Below are positions 23,554 through 34,500 of a stretch of DNA of 64,000 nucleotides, in pieces; within the stretch, counting starts at the first letter, position 1; every line of letters starts with the position of its first letter. The notes below the pieces were generated by a model, which saw nothing but the letters and a program-made list of their open reading frames with translations, was not told the origin of the DNA and ran no database searches. This DNA comes from Oopsacas minuta. Taxonomy: Eukaryota > Animalia > Porifera. Made by a program: the position numbers and the translations under genes. The DNA lies in NCBI GenBank assembly GCA_024704765.1, contig JAKMXF010000221.1, positions 248,001-312,000 on the forward strand, in the 5' to 3' direction.

Positions 23554-26500
23554 ATGGGTACAGTAACTTCACAGCCAGAAGAGATAGAAGATAATAGAAA
23601 TATAGACTGTTATATTTCAGGAGAAAGTAAGATATTCAAAGTACCTCAAATCGGTAAGAAGGGGTATACTATATTTATCATTGATATGTCGCCCTCAATG
23701 AACTTTATAATCTCAAAAGGATTAAACAATATCACCAACGAATTAGTAAACAAATATAATCTCATAGGAAGTTCAAGTTTTATATATTTCAGTACAAAAA
23801 ATATAATTTCGGACACTCCATACGCTGATGTAGGATCAAAGCTGGAAACCTCTCAAACTAATATTATCAGCGCTATTGAAACTGCCAAAAAGAAAATAAC
23901 ACGATTACGTTCTGTCTTTGCATCTACCATTATCAAATTAGTTTTCATTTCAGATGGAGAAGACACTTGTCATAGCAAAGAGCAATTCAACGAGTTGCTC
24001 TTGAATATCGCAAGAGGGTTTAACTGCTCGCTGATCTCATTCGCTAGTATAGGTATAGGCAAAGAGTTCCCTACTCATGTAGCAATGACATTACGTGAGA
24101 CATTTAATACAGTGCAATGTATGACTCAGGGTGTACAGATAGTGACTGATGTTGAGGAGTATAGGACAGCTCTAGACTGGTTGTTGTCAGAGCAAAACAT
24201 TCTCAGTGTACTAGAGTCCAGTGTCCCTATTTCATATGATATATGGTCTCCTCCTGTTCATGAGGCAGTTAGTGGTAATATAGCGTTTGTAGATAGAAAT
24301 ATCGAAGAAGTAACTATTGTAAGTAGAAGCGAAACACACATTTATACAATCCTTTGTCGACTCAGACCTACTCCTATTCAAGCTGAAATTACCCAGCTGA
24401 TTATCCGACAGCTAATTAACATGATAAACCAGCTGTCCTATACCCAAATTGATCGAGTTCAGTTGAGGGACAGATCAATACAAGCACACACGCTTGCTAC
24501 AGCTTTGTTTGAAGATTGGAGCAAGAATGTAAAAAGAGCTGAGAATTTGCTACAGAAGATAGAGCTTAAAAAGCAACGTGAAGCTAACTATCAAATAAAA
24601 TGCCTTTTACTAGCTGAGTTATCTCGCATGTGTGATGGCTCATTTGTTAACACAATGACAGAGCATGAAGCTGCTCTCAGGATGGATCTACAGAGAGATA
24701 TCTCTAACGTACACAGGATTGATAGGAAGATTAAGAGACATGGATTACAGCGAGAAGAGTGGCCAACACTTAGAGATGCGTTCGTACGAAATTTGAAAAA
24801 GGTATCTTTACAAACTCAACTACAAGAATTAACTCAGGAAGATTGGAAAGATTGTCAATGCGCTATTACAATGACGTCACCAGCTGAGTCCCTTCTCTCA
24901 CCGAATTTTCTAGAAGCTCTCCAGCTGATTGATAACCCATACGACTTCATTCAGGATCTGGAATGCTTACCACCTGGTCTGGGAGTTAAGATCGAGTACA
25001 ATGACGCGATGACACACGAACCATTTAATATTCGTATCTGTAGTATGGTTAGACACGTAGAACTTATATCTTACTCAAAGTATTTGTCAGATGGAGTAAA
25101 TTCTCCTTGTGGGAGATTATGTAGACTCCAGGTAGGAGATGGAGAGGTAGAAGAATTTAATGCAACTGTTCTAGTGCTTCCTGCTAATTTTGCGAATATC
25201 CTAGCTCCTTTCATTCGACAGAAACTCACCTCTCTCGTCCTCACATACACTATTCAACAAAGTGCAGATTTCCTGGATGTGAACACGCATCTGGGTGCAC
25301 TCGCTGCTTGTACAATGTTCTTAGTTCAAGAGCCAAACTATGGATTCCGCGACCGTCGCTTGAAGCTAATCAAAGACACGTTTAACCTTGTGTACCGCGG
25401 ACAAGGTGACTACCCAGCTAGAGAGGATATCCAACAGTACTACGAGTACATAACCTGTACACCTGAGTGTGCTGCTGTAAGTGAGAAGATAGAAATAACG
25501 GATAAGTATGGTTACGGTGCGAAATGTCCCGCCCTCGCGAAACTATCCCTCTTCCTTGTCTGCTGTGATGACATCTGTATTTCTCTCAAGTTTGAACTTT
25601 TCACTTGTCTGTTACAAGAATCTGTTTGTAGAATGGTCAATGGCTGTTCCTTTACAGAAGTGTATCAGCTGGAGAATTTAGAAGTGAATATGTTAGATAT
25701 TACTTGGGAACAGTTAGAAACAAAAATAGGTCCATTAGTTAAATACTTCACCTGGTCAGACTGTAAATCTGCTATTGAACTGAAATGTGAACAAAGTAAC
25801 ACTTCAGTGGAAGCAGAGCCTCGTATGAATTTAGAAAAAATCTGGCGTATGAAGCCAAACCGTTTAGGTTCTGTTGATCTGCCAGGACTGAAAGCACTAG
25901 GAGAATACCTCTTCAATAATTGCGAGCTACAAACATCTCTACAGACTATCTTCTCCCCTGAGAATATAGAACAATTCGTGTATCATGGTATATGTATCAA
26001 TTGCTCTTACCAGCGTGCGACTACACAACTCAAATGCATTGAGGTTGTCCGAGAGGCGGTAAAGAGAATACTCACTCAGGAGCAGGTGCTTAAATTTAAA
26101 TCTCAAAGATTAACTGAATTTCTCACCATTGGAGAAGCTCGTCATATGCATTGCATCCGTGAAGCACATGAAAAAGGGACCTGTTTCCCTATGAGTTTAG
26201 AGCAGATACAAGCTCTCCCTGATGTACAGCGATGTATCCAAGCAGGAGAGCTACAGGTAAATACCTTAGCTGCACAACTACGCTACAATCCTAGAACTAA
26301 ACTACCCTTATATATTTGCTGCATAAACACTTGTCCTCATTACGGTCTAGTGAGAAGAGATGCTAGCGAGCATTTGAGAGTCGTGAGCGAAGCAGATTTC
26401 TTCTTAAAAGGACTACACAAAACTATCTCAAAGTATTACAAGACACACACCGCCAAGCAGATAATTGACATGACTATACAGGGGGTAGAATGCAATGGAG

Positions 26501-26595
26501 GGATAACTGTTAATACGAACTTCAATAAACAAAATTATGAACATCTTATAGAGTTGGTGAAAGATATCGTTAAAATCTACAAACAGCAGGAATAG
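23554..26595 (+). CDS. Uncharacterised large VWA-domain protein
   Basis: 1013 aa single exon. N-terminal VWA with MIDAS DMSPS...T...FISDG; MGTVTS N-myristoylation consensus; C-terminal CCINTCPHYG...HL cluster. Confidence 0.8.
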   Translation: MGTVTSQPEEIEDNRNIDCYISGESKIFKVPQIGKKGYTIFIIDMSPSMNFIISKGLNNITNELVNKYNLIGSSSFIYFSTKNIISDTPYADVGSKLETSQTNIISAIETAKKKITRLRSVFASTIIKLVFISDGEDTCHSKEQFNELLLNIARGFNCSLISFASIGIGKEFPTHVAMTLRETFNTVQCMTQGVQIVTDVEEYRTALDWLLSEQNILSVLESSVPISYDIWSPPVHEAVSGNIAFVDRNIEEVTIVSRSETHIYTILCRLRPTPIQAEITQLIIRQLINMINQLSYTQIDRVQLRDRSIQAHTLATALFEDWSKNVKRAENLLQKIELKKQREANYQIKCLLLAELSRMCDGSFVNTMTEHEAALRMDLQRDISNVHRIDRKIKRHGLQREEWPTLRDAFVRNLKKVSLQTQLQELTQEDWKDCQCAITMTSPAESLLSPNFLEALQLIDNPYDFIQDLECLPPGLGVKIEYNDAMTHEPFNIRICSMVRHVELISYSKYLSDGVNSPCGRLCRLQVGDGEVEEFNATVLVLPANFANILAPFIRQKLTSLVLTYTIQQSADFLDVNTHLGALAACTMFLVQEPNYGFRDRRLKLIKDTFNLVYRGQGDYPAREDIQQYYEYITCTPECAAVSEKIEITDKYGYGAKCPALAKLSLFLVCCDDICISLKFELFTCLLQESVCRMVNGCSFTEVYQLENLEVNMLDITWEQLETKIGPLVKYFTWSDCKSAIELKCEQSNTSVEAEPRMNLEKIWRMKPNRLGSVDLPGLKALGEYLFNNCELQTSLQTIFSPENIEQFVYHGICINCSYQRATTQLKCIEVVREAVKRILTQEQVLKFKSQRLTEFLTIGEARHMHCIREAHEKGTCFPMSLEQIQALPDVQRCIQAGELQVNTLAAQLRYNPRTKLPLYICCINTCPHYGLVRRDASEHLRVVSEADFFLKGLHKTISKYYKTHTAKQIIDMTIQGVECNGGITVNTNFNKQNYEHLIELVKDIVKIYKQQE

Positions 26596-26756
26596 CTATT
26601 AGAGAAGGATTAGAAATATTTGAATTTTGTGTATAATTGTCTTCTTGCTTTTCTTCATAAATTGTGTTTATTAAAAGTATTAAAATTATCTTAGAGTATG
26701 AGATTCTCAATTAGCTTAATCTCCCACAGCTGGTATTAGCGAGTGTACCCGTATTT

Positions 26757-28367
26757 ATGACGTCATTTAGTCCTTCATATCTACTGCATATTTTGCTTGC
26801 ATTATTTGACTACGAAGATGTACCTAGAATAATTTTCAGATTCCCCTACACTTCTGAAAATGCCTATCCTTGTTTCCCGTCTCCAAGAAATGAAGTTCTC
26901 TCTGAATCTGTCCTCCTAGACTCCCTACTCATGTGCTCGTACATGCTGAGCTCTGATAAGCAGGGCACTAAGCTACAAGTGTCAGTTGATCAGCTGTTGC
27001 TATTAGGACATGTAGAGGTTATCTCTGATAAGAGATATGGTTTTGTATTTCTGCTCAGAGCTGATACTCCTATTCTGGTGTTGGACAGATTCTACGAGAT
27101 GAGTAGAATTATTTCTCAGGTTTGGTTTTATCAATTTAATTAATACACCGTAATTTAGTTGTTAATACTCTAGGTATATCGTCTGGAAGAGGATCGGTGT
27201 CAGTACTTAACAGAAGAATGTTTGAAGAAATGTTCTTCTATTTGTAGTCCTGATAACAACCATAACTCAGTCTATGAGGCGTTTCTCTCTAGCTCTAATG
27301 TTGGTAGAGAGATGGAATCTATATTTAAGGTACTGAAGTCAGGCTCCAGTAAATCAGTCAGGATCAATAACCTGGTTCCTTTACAAGTGAGTTTAGGTCC
27401 AGTAGTGGATAGCATGACTGAGACAACAGTCAGGGTGTATCACTCCCTCTTATTGATTAATCCACCTAATGCCATAGCGACGGATATACTGCCTAACTCT
27501 CTACCTCAAATGGCACACAAATTCCTACAGGTAGTTAACCCAGCCAGAAATCTGGAGGAGATAGCACAAGATGCAGATGTACATTTGGACGAGGTCCTAG
27601 CTCTGACTCGATTCTTCATTTCACAGCAACGTGGTAAGCTCATTTACCCAATCTCCCGATCTAATGTGTACGTATTACATCCCTCTTGTAATATGGGCTC
27701 ACTTGGATTGGCTGCTGAATTCAATCGCAGATTCTCAGAATTAAATATGAGATTTTCTCAATTAATATCTAAATTCTCAGCAGCTAGAAAGGTAGAAGAT
27801 CTTCTCTCCTTCAGTGAGCCTATACTCTTCAGGCTTATAGGCTGGCTGCTTGAGAACGATTTTATAATACAATTACACAGATATATATTCCTGATGCCAC
27901 CCAGTATCCGATCTGATGTATTCTGTCCTGACGCTAAGGAAGATTCTAGAACATTACAGAATGTTAGTGAATCTTCTCGCTTCAATTACAGTCATTCTGA
28001 GAGTTCTTTCACTAGTCCCACCAACATAGAGCTTACTCCAGCTGTTGGGGTACCCATGAGATCCAATTCAACTGATACATACTCGTCTGTTGGAGACAAC
28101 CAAACGGATAGTTTGATAGAGGAAGTGTTTGGTGGGAAACTTCTCAGTTGGGAGGAGAGAGAGGAAGTGGAACAGACATTTCGCTCAAGCTCTGAGGGAA
28201 GTATTCAACTACTCAGGAAGCTGGCTCCGTATTTTGATGGTACACACCATGTAGAAGAGATTCTGTTTAATGAAATGTTATCTGGTGTGAGTGAGAAAGA
28301 TCTGGAAAAGTTACTAATCGATTTTAGTAACATACTCACTCCGTACATTAGACCTGAGACTATTTAG
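26757..28367 (+). CDS. NPRL3: GATOR1 subunit NPRL3
   Basis: Exons 26757-27119 and 27174-28367 (54 nt GT-AG intron), 518 aa; IIFRFPY, EEDRCQYLT, RVYHSLLL, NLEEIAQDAD, IYPISRSNVYVL, IIQLHRY, YFDGTHHVEEI. Confidence 0.87.
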
Positions 28368-28556
28368 TGTATTTTAAGTTGATTTAATTAAGATTCGAGT
28401 GACACTCCAATAATGATAATTATAACTTTACTATGTCATAGATATGATTACAGAATATTAGCAATAAATAATACTGAAAAGAAATCAAATTAGATAGAAT
28501 TAGGAGTATTCGATCAAACTTATACTATTCGTATTGAAAAGTGATAGGGTAGCTAG

Positions 28557-31500
28557 TTAGTAGTTGAGGGCACAAAGCATTGCCACTCCCCTCTTGATCC
28601 AATGGTATTGTGGCATACTTGTGGGTAGCTCTATAGAAACAACAAAGTTTGTAGAATGTCCAGTGGTGGAAAGCGTACCAGCTCTGGTTAGAGTCTTGTA
28701 TAGAGGACAGTCGTATACTCCTTTATCTGGGGTACCGCGGTTAGCCATTGGCATCAATAAAATAACTGGTACTTCTGTATACAACTCTTTGGGTCTTGAT
28801 TCTGTAAGTTCATGTGCTCCGTAGGACCACCTTGCTCCCTAAATAGTATTGATATAAGTATGTAGATCAGGGTAACTGACAAATAGTTTGGGTTAATCGA
28901 GAAATTCCTCACCTCTATATATAGTCCTCTAATGTAACAACCTCCCTCTGATTTTTCTGTAACCTCAGTGTATGGCGTTTTGATTACTTGAAAATCAAAA
29001 CTAATCACATCAATAGATATCTTAGTTCTACGAGCGTAGTTCTGTAGCGTACCCGTTAAGAATGCTTGAGGGAAAAAGAATCCAGAAAACCTAATAACAA
29101 AATAGATGTATAAATATATGTATGTGGTGAAGAAATCAATAGGAAAACACACCAGAATACAAGGGGAATTCCATCAGTTATCCATCCTTGTATAAACTTT
29201 ACTCTCTCTACCAGATCGTCAACCCATGCACCTAGTGGTTTAAGTGAGGGATAAGCTTTATCAGCCCAAACCTTTGGTACTGTATTGTTAAATAGACTGA
29301 TAGACATCTCTTCTAATTGTTGTGACATCACTACCAACCCTTTTAATGCTTTAAGTAGATCATTGAGTGATTGTATGATTGTCTGTATAAGTTTATTATA
29401 TCTTATAACCTCTTGTACCAATACTGTGTTCATTGACTCCTCATACATTACTGGGTACTTCTCCATTACTTTCTTCAGTTGGAAGGGGGAGGGAATTTTT
29501 GAGAGGATACTCTTTGACATGTTCTCTATCAATGTCTCCCTTGATGCCCCTCCTCCTGATGAAGTTTTGGGCTGTATTAACACGATTCCATCCAATAGCT
29601 GTTGTAGGAAATAATATAAATAGAACACGAATATAAATATAGTCGCATAATGGACGAAATAAAGAAAATAGAAGCATCTCTTCAAATCCCAGCAATCACA
29701 CCCGAGTTTGCAGAAATTATGGACAATAAAGATGTTCTCTCTCCTTTCAGAAGTGAGTTTAACATTCCTCTAGCTAGAGATGTGATCAAGAAAGCTGCTG
29801 AGAAGTTGAGCGAAGATGAAATCACAGATCTTCTAAAAGGAATTGACAATGAAAAAGACTGTGTATATATGTCAGGGAACTCTCTGGGACTGCAACCAAA
29901 AAAGGTATGTTGTAGTGATTAGGTACAATAATCGTATGTTGATTGTTAAACTATTCCAAGGCTATGACTAGAGTGGAAGAACTGATGACCAGCTGGGGAA
30001 AGTATTGTAGTTACATGCTACCAGTCTATATACCAGGAGATGAACCTCTCCGTGAATACATGCAGAATATAGTAGGAGCAAAGAGTGGAGAAGTCGTCCT
30101 GATGAACACACTGACAGTCAACTTAAATCTCGGGATGATAACATTCTATCAACCAAAGGGAAATCGAAACAAGATCCTTATTGAGCCTAAGTCATTCCCA
30201 TCTGATTTCTATACATTCGAATCGCATATAAAACTGCATGGATTAAACCCAGAAAACTCATTATTGATAATGAAGCCGAGAGAGGGAGAAGATACTCTAA
30301 GGACAGAGGACATCCTGGCTACCATAGAGAAGGAGGGAGACAATATAGCACTGATTATGATGGGAGGAGTTCAATATTATACTGGACAGATATTTGATAT
30401 GGAGAAGATTACCAAAGCTGGACATAACAAAGGTTGCTATGTTGGATTTAACTTAGCACACGCAGCAGGTAATATTCCTCTAGAGCTTCATAAATGGGGA
30501 GTAGATGTTGCTTGTTGGTGCACCTACAAGTATCTGAATGGAGGTCCAGGAGGGATAGGAGGATTCTTTGTTCATGAGAGACATGCAGAGTGTTTTGAAT
30601 TTCCTAGACTGAATGGCTGGTGGGGTCATGAGCCAGATACAAGATTCCTCATGGATAATAAGTAAATTATGATCGATATACATAAATGACGTCATATATA
30701 ATTTTCTTTTCAAACAGGTTAGTTTTACAGAAGGGAGCTCCTGGATTCGCTCTCTCTAACCCTGATATGTTAAGTCTTGCATGTATGTCAGCTTCACTTG
30801 ACATTTTCCAGAGAGCAAGCATAACAGAGATAAGAAACAAATCAATTCTCCTAACGGGATATCTGGAGTATCTGTTGATAGAAGGATTCAATGATGATCC
30901 CAAATACAAAGGTAAATGTACTTTCATAGTAATACTCAATTAATAATATTATTCTCTAGGAGTACTTGAGATAATTACCCCGAGAGATGTGGAACAAAGA
31001 GGAGCTCAATTGTCTATCAAAAGTATTCACTCAAAAGCTATCAAAGATTGTCTCAAACTCAGAGGCACAGCTGTTGACTACAGACACCCTAATGTGCTAC
31101 GAGCAGCTCCTGTACCTCTCTACACTCGTTTTATAGATGTACTAGAATTCTATTACTCAGTCAAAGAGGTTATAAGTAAGGAATTGGAAACAAAAATCTA
31201 ATAGTAACCTTCTATTTTAGTCTAATATCACTTCAATCAATATCACTTTACAATAATAAATATTACTAAGTTTTGATTGGTTATAACAGACCTGGAAAGT
31301 TTCGCTCTGAGCAAATGTAATGTTAGCATTCTCGTGTAATCCAAATATTTCAGGAGTATCGTTAATCGGTAGCTCCTTCATATACTTCAGATAAGAACTT
31401 AGTTTAACTTCAGGATCAAGTTGATGATAGATACCTGATTCGTCAAAGTTGTGTTCTTCTTTCAGCACTTTTTCATGATAGAAATCAGTTAGAATATTCA

Positions 31501-34500
31501 TCAAACATCGTCTGTCCCAGTCATCTGTCACTCTCCCTCCGTAGTTGATGTGTCCAGCTGTGTAACTATTGTAGAAGGAATGTAGTAATATAATTGCCAA
31601 ATTCTGTACAATTCATTACCTTAGTACTTTAAATGGGACATCAGAATACTCATCTAAGAACATCTGCAATTGACTAATGCAAATCTTCAAATCTCCATCA
31701 GTGTATTCGTAAGGTATATTGAATCCTAGAGCTCCAAACTTCCTCCTCTCTAGCGTGACGCCGTGGAATAAGCAGAGGGAAAATAGCAGAAATCTGAATT
31801 CTGATTTCTTGGTACAAAGATTGAGAAACTCATCACTCATGCCAATGTAGGATTTTAGAAGATTAGCCTTTATCCCTCTAGGAGGTTCCATAGTCATTTT
31901 ACAACCGTTTTGTAATATAGGGACGGGAAATTTTGCACTTGGCATACTTGTTAGCCACAGTCTGAAGTCTTTATGCACCTAAAGATATAGATAGATAAAC
32001 TTGTGTATCTGTAATTAATTAATCTATCTCACCTTGTCACTCTCAATTTGCTCGATAAGACGTTCAAGAGATGGCATCCAACTAGGAGCAAGATGGCAGT
32101 TCTGGAAGAATACCCACTTGCCTCTCTCCATTCCTTCTTTCATCATTTTCTCTGCAATCGGCCCTTGTCCCTGTCCCAGAGAAATAGCAGATAATTTCTT
32201 TGTAAACTTCATTTCTTCCGTGAACTTGTACAGATCAGCAGCGGGATCAGTTCCTTGTGACAACACAAATATGAGAGGAGACACAGGGCTGGAGTCTTTG
32301 AAGGCTATTCCTAGATCAGATGTCTGTGGCTCTACATAACACACGGTCTCAATAAAACATATTAATTATTCTAGAATATTCTATAGGGTTAGCTAACCGA
32401 TGAAACGTTGTCCAATCTCTTCAGATACAAAGTCTTGCATTGCATTAGTAACTTTATCCGGTCTGATACAGCGCAGTACTAGCAACTTCTGGAATGTGTT
32501 TAATTCAGACCAGCGTCCTGGAAGCTTCTCCTTATGAGGCTCACTGCTATCAAATATTGTTTTGAATTCTTCAGTCGTTTCTACGAATTCTTCTGCGAAT
32601 GTAGCAAATCTCTTAACGCCCTAAATAAAAGTATATAACCATTTTAGCTACCCACTTAATATTGATAAATGCATACGTACCTGTATAGTGAGTATTTCTT
32701 TCCAAGAACGCTCATTAATCCAGTCAGGAGCTGGGTTAGGTATTTCTTTAGGAACAAGAGCACCTCCTGAGATAAGGAACTTCCACTCGTTCAGATCAAT
32801 CTTATCCTCATTCATAAGGATTCGAGAAGACAGTAAGAACGAGAACAGGAGTTTGTGTTTTTCAAACAGAGACCTGTAGTATTTATCCAATAATATCTGT
32901 ACCAGTAGATGAGACTACCTTCAAAACATGACATTACCTGCAAACATTCGAGTAGAGACTGAAGGTAAAGTAATCGTTAATATATGTAATCCTCTCTGAG
33001 ACATCTTCACTCTTTTCAGCTCCTGCTATGCTAGACAGGAAAATACTCAAAAACCACTCTAACGAGTACTGATACATAGGGTCTATGTTAGCCAGGTCGT
33101 TAACACAGAAGAATAGTATACGTGTACGTACTGACACTGGTATATACAGACTACGGGTAACGTCTATAGCTTTCTCATTCTGCTCAGCTATTGCTACCTG
33201 TATACAAGGGAGTTAAGCCCTATTTAAATGTAAATATATATTTGCTTTACTTTGCTCTGTATTTCTTGTGATTTTGTCTTACTAGCATGTAATACATCTA
33301 TCATTTCTATGTCATCTACTGGATTTCCTTTAGAATTGCTGAGTTTGAATAGAATCTTGTCTTCGATCTCTTTCAGCTCCTGCTTCATTCTAGCATTGGA
33401 GGTAATGAGGGCGTTCTTAGCGTCTTCAAGATCTGGTCTCTCCTCTGCTACCACAAATCCTAGAAGTTGATCCTCTAGTCCTCTTGGACTTAGTGTGAAA
33501 TTTAGGATTGTTACCTTGGTGGCTAGTTCTGGGGTGTAGCGGGGGTTAGGCAGCTTAGTCGTGATATAGAAACGGAAGTCGTCATGATACGGAATAATAT
33601 TATCACCTAAATAATACCATATAAGGAATATTCTGTAATCTCAAAATTACTGATTGATACTAACCTAGTTTGATAACCATGCTACCAGCCTGTTTGAAGG
33701 TCTGTCTGGTGAGAATAGGGTCTAGGGCAGGGTCCAGCTCCTCCCCCACATTCTCAAGAAGACAAGGCTTACCGAAGCGAACTGCATTTTCTAAACTTCT
33801 CAAGAAATCTCTATCAGTTAATTTTACAACATCAAGTAACTTATCTTTCTCTAGAGACTTTATCCAGCGGTTAGCCTGGCCCTGAGGGTCTATAAATAGG
33901 GGCCAACGTCTAGAATACTGTACAATGACTCCATTCTCAACTGACAGGTTGTCTCGTGGAAGTCCTGACAGCTGCCATTGTCTAATCTTAACAGGATCAC
34001 TAAGTGTGTTGATCAAGGTAGCAGTAGAGGAACAAGGAATGTTTTGCTCTGCTAATTTAGTTTTCCAAACCTGTGAAGTAGCATATATAAGAGAATGTTA
34101 TATTATTGTTATGACGTCAGTATTTACTTGCACAAGTGAATCTCTAAAGTTGCCTGTGAAAGGTCCGAGATAAGCAACAGCTCCAGAAGCTATCAACACA
34201 TCTCCAATAACATTAACAAGTAGCTTATCAAATTGAGATACTGTATCTCCCCATCTGTCCTTCTCATCTCCCAATCCTCCTATCAGCTTGTGAGCCCTAT
34301 CTAGTCGCTGTGTACAGAGATCTACCTTCTCTGCTAGTTCCTGTTTCCTCCTCACACACTCTTCGTATTTAGCTTGTAATATTGCTATGCCATCTTGTAC
34401 CTATATTAACAGTAGTATACAGTTCTAGAACATGTAGTAATGTATAAATAATACTATACCTCTTTCAGTTTATCCATTGCTTTGGCAAGCAACTGTTTGG

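Noticed and set aside
30002-30036. Possible 35 nt GT-AG micro-intron in KYNU exon 2
   Set aside because: Removing it creates an immediate in-frame TGA, and it is shorter than any other intron here.
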